From contig KE561145.1 in NCBI GenBank assembly GCA_000442015.1, positions 58,061 to 78,060 of the forward strand: DNA of 20,000 nt. The letters run 5' to 3'. A program made the translations under genes and the position numbers. The DNA is from Rozella allomycis CSF55. Its lineage: Eukaryota. Under the pieces are notes generated by a model, which was not told where the DNA came from, made no database searches, and saw only the letters and a program-made list of their open reading frames with translations. Below, one piece after another: positions 1-9,615 of the stretch. Position 1 is the first letter of the stretch. Each line of letters opens with the position of its first letter.

Positions 1-257
1 AATAATGAAACCGCTCAAGATATAACAATTTTTTCGTCAAAGGATGATTTTGCCTTGGCGTCAGCAATTTCAGTTGTTGAAGAGATTTCAAAGGTATTCA
101 ATTCTTAAAAATGATAGATAAGAAAAATATGTTTACAGATTTGGCTAATTTCACAATCCGATGCGAGACTTGTCATTCTGGCTTCATAGGTACTGATGAC
201 GCTCAAAGACACGCACAGGAAACTGGCCACACTAATTTTGCAGAATTTAAAAATTAA
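1..257 (+). CDS. OTU1: OTU1/YOD1-type deubiquitinase, C-terminal part (5'-truncated by the window)
   Basis: Splicing out intron 94-122 gives ...DITIFSSKDDFALASAISVVEEISKKNMFTDLANFTIRCETCHSGFIGTDDAQRHAQETGHTNFAEFKN*. This matches the C-terminal C2H2 zinc finger of OTU1 (FTDxANFTxRCxxC...HAxxTGHxNFxE). Confidence 0.88.
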
Positions 258-329
258 AATTAATCTATTAAAAAATAAATGTTCAATGCGTGACTTCGAT
301 TTTTTCAGGGGTTGTCATTTGTCATTATT

Positions 330-1168
330 ATGTTAAAAAGATTTCATTTTATTCAAAAACGTTATTTGCATAAAAGGTTTTGGAAAACATCAGTTGTTCG
401 CCCAAATGATAAAGGTAGTTTTTGTTAAATGCTATTATAGGGCTGTACGAAATTCTTCTTGATAGCAAACCCATTAAGGATCAAAAGGGAAGACCATTTA
501 CCTTAAAGTCGGAGATAATGGCAAATTTAGTATCTCTGGAATGGAATATGCAGCCGCAAATGTTTAATCCAAACGACATTATTTTGGTAATCACCAATGG
601 CCTCTGAAATTTAGTTTGATATTCTAAATAGAGCAAGAGTAATAGAGGAAAATACTAGTCTACGAAAAGAAATCATGGTTAACGATCTGTTCAGATATCT
701 TGATACAGATACTCTGCGATACTTTGAACAAACCGACAAGAATTTGGTAAAGTTGCAGGAGTCTAATTGGCTCCCGTTGGTAGAATGGGCTAGTCATTTG
801 TTGAATACTGAATTAGAAGTAGTCAATGGTATTATTGGCTTGACAAGTTCATTGGACAAGGAAATAGTTTCACAACGTATTTTAAACTTGACAAAAGATG
901 TGAATCATAACACATTTGCTGGTATAATTTTAACCCGATATTTTATGTAGCTTTTGAAAGAGCCGTAATATCTTCAAAGTCCATGATTGTCGGGCTAGCC
1001 TTAGTACTTGGCAAGATTTCTTCAAAGGAGGCAATCGAAATTTCCCTTTTAGAAATTAATTATCAAAAGAGTAGGTGGGGTTCCATTGATGAATTTCATC
1101 TGCTTGAACCTGCCACCTTACAAAGAGTGTTTTCATTGGTAAATTTGCTGAAATCGTATAATATTTAA
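330..1168 (+). CDS. ATP12: Mitochondrial F1-ATPase assembly chaperone ATP12/ATPAF2
   Basis: ATG at 330 begins a basic presequence-like N-terminus (MLKRFHFIQKRYLHKRFWK). Family motifs are YEILLDSKPIK, LVSLEW, RYLDTDTL, QESNWLPLVEWA and LEINYQKSRWG. Introns 415-440, 587-614 and 922-950 join three ORF-track pieces in frame. Confidence 0.9.
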
Positions 1169-1191
1169 ATAAAATACAATTTATTCAACTT

Positions 1192-1773
1192 TTAAAATTT
1201 GGATGATATCGATTTCTTCTGCATTCCCCTTCGTTTCCTTGCATTAATGAGCCATGTCGAGACTTGCTTTATGCTGAGGTTAGCTCGTTTCGCCAATTCT
1301 TCTCTTTCTTTTCCTGTACAATATGGATAATCGCGGTGATCTTTGAGCCAATTTTCCAAAACTATTAGTGATTCGACAGGATGTTTATTTTTGATTGTTT
1401 CAAAGTTGGATCTTTCACTAGACTGCGAAGATATTGAAGGGGAATTCGGACAGGATGATGGAGTTGGTGGACATGCAATAGAATTATTTGAATACTCAAA
1501 ATTATCTGTTTTAATTGCTTCAGAAGGCCAAATGTATTGTTGTAGAGCAAATTCCCTAATCTTTTCCCTAGTTTCTTCCAAGTAAGACATGTAATCAGTT
1601 GGCAGGTAATCAACCAACAAGCGCATGTAATGATCCATAGATAGTAAAAACAAGTTGAGATCCTTATTGTCGGTGTCACTATAATTTAGTGATTGATGGA
1701 TAGTTTGAAGTGTCTCAATATGTCTCATGACAGTTTCTGATGGGATTGAAGTCAAAGAGTTTGTCGTCATCAT
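1192..1773 (-). CDS. TALE-class homeodomain transcription factor (MEIS/TGIF/Cup9-like, Ile50)
   Basis: Intronless 193-aa ORF. The C-terminal LENWLKDHRDYPYCTGKEREELAKRANLSIKQVSTWLINARKRR has the three-residue loop extension (YPYC for HPYP) and a WxINAR recognition helix. Confidence 0.9.
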   Translation of the reverse strand: MMTTNSLTSIPSETVMRHIETLQTIHQSLNYSDTDNKDLNLFLLSMDHYMRLLVDYLPTDYMSYLEETREKIREFALQQYIWPSEAIKTDNFEYSNNSIACPPTPSSCPNSPSISSQSSERSNFETIKNKHPVESLIVLENWLKDHRDYPYCTGKEREELAKRANLSIKQVSTWLINARKRRGMQKKSISSKF

Positions 1774-1816
1774 TTTTCTCCAGGGGTTTACTCTTCATCT
1801 TGGCAAAATCTGGTAG

Positions 1817-1885
1817 GTGTCAAAGTCGTGTCAAAGGAAATGACAGGGGTGTTAATTGGCATGATTAGCAAACGTGGCGCTGTCA
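1817..1885. promoter_or_regulatory. Cluster of TGACA/TGTCA (TALE-type) sites upstream of the homeobox gene
   Basis: TGTCA at 1818 and 1829 (as the direct repeat GTGTCAAAG), TGACAG at 1841 and CTGTCA at 1880. Confidence 0.5.
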
Positions 1886-1933
1886 ACTCATTTTGACTTT
1901 TCTCGAAAAAAGGAATTAAAAAAAGATAAGCGT

Positions 1934-3724
1934 TTATTCAAAATCGTCAATGTTAAGATTTTTGGTGTCGGCCGCAGACGCCAAAAATTCTAGTGAATTT
2001 TGATGACCCCTAATTGGAAAAAATAGAAGAATAGTACTCTCTAACGTCCAAATTTTCTGATTGGGACCACTCTAAACCCTAATAAACTGATAAAAATTAA
2101 ATTACAGAGCTCAATGGTTCTTTAATCGGAGATGGTGCTCTTGACGACGTGTGCGCGCTTTGAGTTGCTGATTCTGATAGGACAATTTTATTGGGATCAT
2201 CATCATGATGAGTGGGATTGTTGCATTTATTAACAAAATTTTTAATTTCGTTTAAAGTTTTCACATCCAAAGCGTCAATTTCTAACTCTATTTCGTCCGT
2301 TTCACTTGTTTTAAGAGTTGGCATGGACTTTTGAATAATGTCTACAACCATTAAAATCTGATTTTGGTTTAGATTATTAATGTCTTCACTTAATTTCTTT
2401 TTTTCTTCAAAAGTCAAAGGCCTATAGAGTGGCTTTTGCACCGATGGTTTTGCCGGGGTAGACACGGATGTAGCTGATTCAGGTTTCCTTTGTGGTTTTC
2501 GCTTTTTGGCACGTAATTGGTTTAATTGACTTTTTAAGTTTTGTATTTGAGCCTTTATGGATTTTATAGCCCTAGAGTCTAAAGTCTGTAAGGGATAAAT
2601 GACTTACCTTCGTCGGACGAATACTCTCCATCTGTTTCATCTGAAGACTCATCGAAATCGTCTGTGAAAATAGGTTTATCTTTCCATTTATTTAAAAACA
2701 CATTCTCGAATTTGTTGCACATTTGAACAATTTCAGAGTCTGGAGGATTGAAAGTTCTACAATTGTTAAACATTAACAAGACGTCGTCGTGGAATTCATC
2801 AGAGGTGCGATATTCACGGGAATCAATTTTCTTTTTGATAGTAGAAAGGTCCATTGGGTGCTTAATAATGTCAAAGTAGGTAGGAACTCCAAGGGCAATA
2901 GGGTCTACAGGTTCCAAGAATGGCCATGCGATATCTTGGTAAGACTTTTTCGTCAAGTCTTTCCAAATTTGCAAACAATATTTTAAATGTTCATTTTGAG
3001 TATTTTTTCTTACAACTTGATTAGCAATGCTGCCTCTGGCTCTAGAGGCACGTTTAACATCTGGTGAATGCATAGAGTTACTATTCCTTCGCTTCTTTAT
3101 CTATAAGTTTTAATATGCGTTTTTACTCGCCGTTCATCGTCATAAAGAGATCCTACTGGTGATTGTTCAGTAGGCATTTTGGTCAAGTATGAATTAAAAG
3201 ACTTTTCAAGATTTTTGGCCATCTTTGAGATAGGAGATTCTGATCCATTGTATACGAAGCAATTATTTATCATCAATTTAAAATCGTTTATAAACTCATC
3301 AGCACTTTCATATGCCGCAGAGTCTAATTTTTTGCCCATAGTGCTAAGATCCATAGGCACTTTAATTATCGTTGGATAATCAGGAATGTTCAAGGCAATG
3401 GGGTCAACCGGCAACAGGAATGGTGAGGCATCTTTATGGCGCCTTAAGGCCTTTAAAATAGTTGTGCAATACTTCAATTGTTCTCGAACTATTGTCCCTT
3501 TTGGCCTAGTCGATCCATCGTCTTTGGACACCTGTCTTAACTCACATATTCTTATACTTGGTCATCTTGCCCCGGAAAATTACTGCCGGTGTCAGATCTC
3601 AGTCCAGAACTATTCATTGACGAATCATAAACACTTTGGAAAACACTATTGTTAGATCTGCATAAATTAATTAGATAAATGTTAAAATAATAAAATAAAT
3701 CACATCATTTCGTAATTACCTCAT
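1934..3724 (-). CDS. BDF1: BET-family double-bromodomain + ET protein
   Basis: Two bromodomains (ASPFLLPVDPIALNIPDYPTIIKVPMDL and AWPFLEPVDPIALGVPTYFDIIKHPMDL) and an ET domain (LTFEEKKKLSEDINNL...EIELEIDALD). Inferred introns are 3719-3658, 3557-3532, 3126-3101, 2607-2579, 2105-2079 and 2037-2010. The 5-nt first coding exon and the last two exons are less certain. Confidence 0.92.
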
Positions 3725-3899
3725 CTTTGAAATTTCGGAAATTCCGCAGGGGGATTTTCTTCGCTCATCCTTTTATACTGCCAAACCCTGGTCTAGTGGC
3801 TTAGGAACAGTGTGCATTCAAACTTTCATAAAGAGATTGTGTTTTTTACATATGTTGCTATTTTTATCATATTTTCCCGCGCATTTGTAAACAAACTTA

Positions 3900-4637
3900 A
3901 TGCCAAAAGAAAGCGTTCTCGTTTCTAATCATTTGACAAATACTTTAACTGTTTCTCAAAGAAATGTCTCTAGTGCTTTGTACGAAAGAATACAAAAACT
4001 TTTTCCAGGAGAAGGAATTAAATCCAATCACGCCCCAACCCCAATAATTTCTAAATCAAGTCCTGTTAAAGAGTTAATAATGAAGTTTGATACAAAATTT
4101 AATGGGCTGGAAAAGGAGTATTTGCTACTAACAAAGAGGACCTCAATGCATCCACCAAATGGTGGGCAATCAAAAGATTCCTTTCAAAATAGTATAAACT
4201 ACAAAAAGGCATATGTTGACTATAAAAACTGGATTGAAAAGAATGGTGGATTCCTTACTTTTTCTTCAGTCGAAGCATTATATGGAATATCCCAAGACGT
4301 CCAAAAGGAGGGCACAGTCCTAATAATAGACCATACTATTAAAGAGGGCACCATAATTGTATGCAATGATAAAGGGCGCAATAGTATCAATGAAATGATT
4401 ATTGGCAATGTCGTGAATTTCAACAAAATGGAAAAGCTACCGTTAGTCATAAATGACTTTTCTAATATTGCTAGCCATAATTGCCATTGGAATAGTTTTA
4501 TGGACGATTCATCAAAAGCTATGAAGGATTTTGATAAAATGATGAGAAAAGTTGCCAAAGAAGAGTCACTGCGGCGAACGTTTTCAGAACTAAAAAGCAG
4601 AGCTCAAAATTTGTCCAAAATTATAAGAGTGGATTAA
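3900..4637 (+). CDS. Hypothetical protein (245 aa), no recognisable domain
   Basis: Long uninterrupted ORF in AT-rich DNA, with a CCCG motif ~20 nt upstream and AATAAA just after the stop. Transcribed divergently from BDF1. Confidence 0.7.
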   Translation: MPKESVLVSNHLTNTLTVSQRNVSSALYERIQKLFPGEGIKSNHAPTPIISKSSPVKELIMKFDTKFNGLEKEYLLLTKRTSMHPPNGGQSKDSFQNSINYKKAYVDYKNWIEKNGGFLTFSSVEALYGISQDVQKEGTVLIIDHTIKEGTIIVCNDKGRNSINEMIIGNVVNFNKMEKLPLVINDFSNIASHNCHWNSFMDDSSKAMKDFDKMMRKVAKEESLRRTFSELKSRAQNLSKIIRVD

Positions 4638-4717
4638 TGTAATAAAATTAATAAACAATATGGCATATGCTGTTTCAATTTTTGAGTCACCTACCCCAGT
4701 TATAGTTTCAGAATTTC

Positions 4718-6143
4718 ATGTTCATATCTCTAGATGATTTTACACTAGAAGAAAAGGTGGGGGAAGGCACATTTGGGTATGAAGAGTATTAATTTTATTA
4801 ACTTGAGAGAAGTTTATAAAGGACTGCACAAATCTAGCGGAGAAAAAGTAGCCTTAAAGCGTTTGTTGGTACATAAGAGAGAAACTGGGGTAATTAAAAT
4901 CAAATATTTTTTAAAGTTTCCTCTCACCTCGATAAGAGAAATTAGCGTGTTACAAAGCCTGATGCATTTAAATATAATCAATATTCACTCATTTTGTACT
5001 GGCCCCGGTGAATCTGGCGACGATATTTACATGGTATTTCCATACATGGAACATGATCTTACTGGTATTTTAGAGAATCAAACAATCAAATTGTCTAATT
5101 CCATTATTAAATGCTATATGAAGCAACTTTTTGAAGGTTTATATTATATTCACAAAGTAAGACATATTTTTCATCTTGATGCTGGCTGGTTTTATCCACA
5201 GAGATATTAAGGCTTCAAATTTATTGATTGACAATAACGGAAATTTAAAAATAGCTGATTTTGGCCTTGCCAGAAAATATAATTCAATCACTTTGACTCC
5301 AGGTGTGGTGACAAGATGGTACAGGGCTCCTGAAGTATTGCTAGGATTAAAAGAGTATACCCCTGCTATTGATATTTGGAGTGGCGGGTATTTGGACTGA
5401 TTTTTCATAAACAGATGCGTTTTTGCCGAAATGTTTAAAAGAGAGCCAATTTTTCAAGGTTCTTCTGACATTGATCAGCTCGAGTTAATAATAAAATATC
5501 TCGGAAATATTGATGAGCGGAATATGCCGGGTTATAAAAATTGTATTGTTTCACCAAGAAGGCTAAACAATCAAGGAGGAAGCGAACAGTTAAGATTGTA
5601 TCTAAATACGTACTATTTATCAAATTCTGGAACATTAGTTTTATCCAAGATAACACTGCTATCGAGCTAATAGAAAAAATCCTATGCTTAAACCCGCACA
5701 CTCGCTTAAAAGCGTCCAGTGTCCTTACCGACAACTATTTCTGGTCTTTTCCACTCCCAATAAAAAAGGAAGAGTATTCGCAACAAAGCTATGTTATTTA
5801 GGATACCTTCATTCCCTAGTAGTCACGAAATCGATAAAAGAAAGCCTAGAAAACGAGAACTTGAAACGAAATATAACCGTATCACTTTACCATATATAAA
5901 ATAGACATTAATTTAGGCAAGAATAATTCCATTCTCTCAAGACATCCCCCGCCTCCTGAAGGGAAATTGGGCAATCGACACCCACCTCCACCTTCAATGA
6001 ATCACTTAAGTAGGACTAAAGCAAGCAAAAGGCCGAGAATTGATAGCTACATTCCTTCTAAAAAAGTAAAAGAATCTATTGGATTGCCTCCTTCTTCAAA
6101 GCCAATGACCGATGAAATTGAAGACGGCGAAATTTTTGAATAA
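4718..6143 (+). CDS. BUR1: Transcriptional cyclin-dependent kinase, CDK9/BUR1-like
   Basis: Motifs: [83 protein letters not shown] and a Pro-rich tail. Introns are 4777-4807, 4890-4916, 5157-5184 (GT-TG), 5388-5414, 5610-5638, 5774-5801 and 5879-5904. The subfamily assignment (CDK9 versus CDK10/11) is less certain than the CDK call. Confidence 0.82.
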
Positions 6144-6182
6144 TAAACAACCTTAAAATGATTTCGTTGTCAAGCATTACAG

Positions 6183-8408
6183 ATGCATCCTTTAATATCT
6201 CTCATCATTGTTTTTCTTGCTTCATGTTGTTTTGGTTTATCAAATGTAGATATGTTAACTACATTTCCTAATGTGTTTCCATCAAATTTCACATTCCTCA
6301 ACACATCCAATCCTTGGTACAAATTTTCTTTCTCGAGTCAATACGATATATATTGGCAGGTTAAAAATGAAAACTCGTCCAGTCTTGGTGCTATTCAAAT
6401 ACTTCTAAACAGGAAAGGAAAAGGATTTACTGGTCTTGCTTTGTCTCAGAATTTTGAAATGTTGAATTCAGATTTTATTATAGTTACCAGTATTGATGAT
6501 GGACAGACATTGTCTGTGAATGATTATTATAATCCGCCAACGAGCAGAGGCCCGGTTTTTGATACCACAATCCCAGGAGGGACTAATAACATTGACATCA
6601 TTTCTTATAACATTACTAATGCAAATTATCAGGTTTTATTTCAAAGATTGTTAAATACTGGCGATCCGTTTGATATTCCGATTTTACCAACTAGAATGAA
6701 GGTGCTTTATTCTTTGTCGAACTCTTGGTCATTATCTTACCATGGAAAAATGAATAGAGGATTTGCTTACATAGATTTCCTGAAAACTTCCGGGACACTG
6801 AAGGATTCTCTATATCTTCCAGTTCCTTCCACGGCAGTTGGTTCTACATCATCACCAACGAGGTCTTTCGCTTTCATCGTGTTCCATGGAATAACAATGT
6901 TCGTATCATTTACTATCATTTTTCCGCTAGGAATATTTTTCGCGCGTTATTGGAGAGGAGCAAGATGGCTGACTTTACACAGGGCGAGCATGACGTTTGC
7001 GACATCTCAGTCTTTTACAATATCTTTGGCGGCTTTACTTCAGAGTAATTTTAACGCTTCATCAGAACATTCCATAATAGGCGTATCAGTTACAACGCTA
7101 CTAGTTTCCCAATTAATTCAAGGCTTCGTAATTACGAAAAATTATCCAAGACTGGTCAATGTGGCATACGTTTTAAGACTTATTCATAAAATATCAGGTT
7201 ACTTAATATTCGTTTTGGGGATTGTAAATTCCTATTTTGGCCTGTACAAAGCGTCCGCGGGGAGCGGGAACGAAACCTATCTTGTAGGTATTTATTCGGC
7301 ATGGCTAACATCTGTTGTAATCTGTTTTATTATAATGGGTCATTTTGGCTATATCTTCAAATTTCGTTCAATACAAACTGAATCACAAACCAAGCTGGCT
7401 ATTTTTTCAAAGGAAGAATTTGGAAATAAAATTAAAGCGGGGTCGAAATGGGTAATACATGAGGATTTAATATACGACGTCGGTGATTTCTCTCAACAGC
7501 ACCCTGGAGGATCTGAAATTTTAGTCAATCAAATAGGTACCGACATCACCAAGGCCTTCTCTGGACAAGTTAATGAAACTGGGAAAAGACATGTTCATTC
7601 CAGATTCGCTGTCGCAAAGCTAGGGGAAATGATAGTTGGAAGATTGAACACAGCGAAGGGCGAAAAATCATCGAAGAAACTTTTGACTTCTTTAAGAAGT
7701 GCTTTGGAAATCAAATCTACATTTTCAAATTTAGTACATGGTTCTGAGAAGGGTTCGAGTGAATTTGTTGGTATTTTAACAATGAAAAAATTGGTAACAG
7801 GGCCGGAAATGGTCAGCCCGGTATATAAATTCAGAATTAGGCTTCCTCAATCAATCAAAATTGAGAAATGGCCGTCATATTTCTTTTTAAAATGCAACAA
7901 TGTTTCAAGACCTTACACTAACGTTAACTCGGGCACAGTTGACGAGCTTGAATTTCTTATTCGACTTTATCCTGAAGGACAAATGTCACGTATTTTAAAA
8001 ACTATAAAAGTTAATGACAGCATATTTGTTGGTCCTCCTTCATATTCCGATGCAACTTTTCCAAAAGATGAAAATTCTTATTTTGCTCTTGTTGCAGGTA
8101 CTGGCATCACACCCGTCCTTCAGTTTCTCTCGTATTTTTGGAAAAGAAACGTCATCTTAAATATTCACGTCTTCGCAATTCACAAAAGCCCAGATGATGT
8201 CTTTTATAATGAAGACATGACAAAGCTGGCTAGGTATCACAAAATCACTATAAGCAAAGAATTTACCAACGGTAACAGGTTCACAAAAGAGCTTTGGAAT
8301 ACATTCGTTCCAAAGGACGAAACAAAAACCCTCATTGTTTGTGGTCCCAAGAGTTTTATCGAGACAGTTGACAGCTTCAAGTTAAAAAATCCTATGATAT
8401 GCCTTTAA
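6183..8408 (+). CDS. Membrane redox fusion: signal peptide + DOMON + cytochrome b561 + cytochrome b5 + FAD/NAD(P)-binding reductase
   Basis: DOMON with Met (EMLNSD) and His (SYHG) ligands. Five TM segments carry four b561-type His (FHG, LHR, EHS, IHK). The b5 motif is WVIHEDLIYDVGDFSQQHPGG...GTDIT...HS. FNR/CBR motifs are RPYT, YPEGQMS, AGTGITP and CGP. Confidence 0.88.
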   Translation: MHPLISLIIVFLASCCFGLSNVDMLTTFPNVFPSNFTFLNTSNPWYKFSFSSQYDIYWQVKNENSSSLGAIQILLNRKGKGFTGLALSQNFEMLNSDFIIVTSIDDGQTLSVNDYYNPPTSRGPVFDTTIPGGTNNIDIISYNITNANYQVLFQRLLNTGDPFDIPILPTRMKVLYSLSNSWSLSYHGKMNRGFAYIDFLKTSGTLKDSLYLPVPSTAVGSTSSPTRSFAFIVFHGITMFVSFTIIFPLGIFFARYWRGARWLTLHRASMTFATSQSFTISLAALLQSNFNASSEHSIIGVSVTTLLVSQLIQGFVITKNYPRLVNVAYVLRLIHKISGYLIFVLGIVNSYFGLYKASAGSGNETYLVGIYSAWLTSVVICFIIMGHFGYIFKFRSIQTESQTKLAIFSKEEFGNKIKAGSKWVIHEDLIYDVGDFSQQHPGGSEILVNQIGTDITKAFSGQVNETGKRHVHSRFAVAKLGEMIVGRLNTAKGEKSSKKLLTSLRSALEIKSTFSNLVHGSEKGSSEFVGILTMKKLVTGPEMVSPVYKFRIRLPQSIKIEKWPSYFFLKCNNVSRPYTNVNSGTVDELEFLIRLYPEGQMSRILKTIKVNDSIFVGPPSYSDATFPKDENSYFALVAGTGITPVLQFLSYFWKRNVILNIHVFAIHKSPDDVFYNEDMTKLARYHKITISKEFTNGNRFTKELWNTFVPKDETKTLIVCGPKSFIETVDSFKLKNPMICL

Positions 8409-8454
8409 TAAATCTTTGGAATTCAACCTTTTCATTTCCTAAAATTTTGAAATA

Positions 8455-9614
8455 ATGAGAGTAGTTTAAAATTTTCTATTTTCACATTAGGTTGCAGTAA
8501 TCGGTTGTTGCCATGGTGAATTGGACAAAATATATGAAACTTGCAGTAAAATAAAGCCAGCCATAGATCTTGTTTTGATAACCGGTGATTTTCAGAGTAT
8601 TCGTGATGAATATGACCTTTCATGCATGGCAGTGCCAGATAAATACAAAAATATGGGAGTATTCCATGAATATCATTCCGGAAAGAAAGTGTCCCCGATA
8701 TTGACTATTTTTGTTGGTGGAAATCACGAGGCATCAAACTACTTGAGAGAATTGTACATTTATTTCTCTTCAGGAATATTTAGGTATTTTGGTGGTTGGG
8801 TAGCAAAAAATATTTATTTTCTTGGGTTTTCAGCTGTTGTGAATGTTGGTGGTCTTACGATAGGGGGTATCTCCGGAATTTTCAATAAAAGCGACTACAA
8901 AAAAGGTATTGGAACTATAGGCTTTCGAAAGGATATTTTGAAACTTTTCCACATGATTTGAGGGCAGCATATCACACTAGGGAATTCGAAGTAATTAAAT
9001 TGGCTAAAGTAATACACATTCATTATGAGGAGTAGTTCAATGGGAAGATTGATATTTTTCTTTCACATGATTGGCCTCAGGGAATCGAACATTGCGGAGA
9101 CACAAATGATTTGCTTCGTCGTAAACCATATTTTAAGAATGATATTGAAAATGGCAATCTCGGTAGCCCTTTGAATAAATATCTATGTGAACATTTAAAA
9201 CCAAAGTATTGGTTCTCATCTCATCTTCACGTTAAATTCAACGCTGTCATAAACCACAGCGACGGCAATACAACGAATTTTCTGGCACTTGATAAGGTTC
9301 TTCCTTATAGGAAGTTTATCCATGTATTTAACACATTTTCAAAACAATGCTAGATAGTTGATTACCCAAGCGTTGGTGAAATGAAGCTCAAGATAAATTT
9401 GGAATGGATTAATATCCTTAGGAAAACGATGAAATTAATGCCTTTAGGCAACCAAAACGTAGAGTTTTCCTCTCTTTGCAATGAAAACGAGCTCAAAGAA
9501 AATGAGTACGATGGTGACCTAAATCCAATTGATTTCGAAGAACATCCGTCAATTGCAAAGTTTTGTTCAAAATTTGATATCTCTTTTCCATTGAACTCAA
9601 TAAACATTTATTAG
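8455..9614 (+). CDS. DBR1: RNA lariat debranching enzyme
   Basis: [59 protein letters not shown] and FLALDK. Introns are 8461-8490, 8754-8783, 8906-8931, 9009-9035 and 9324-9353. Confidence 0.95.
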
Positions 9615-9615
9615 G

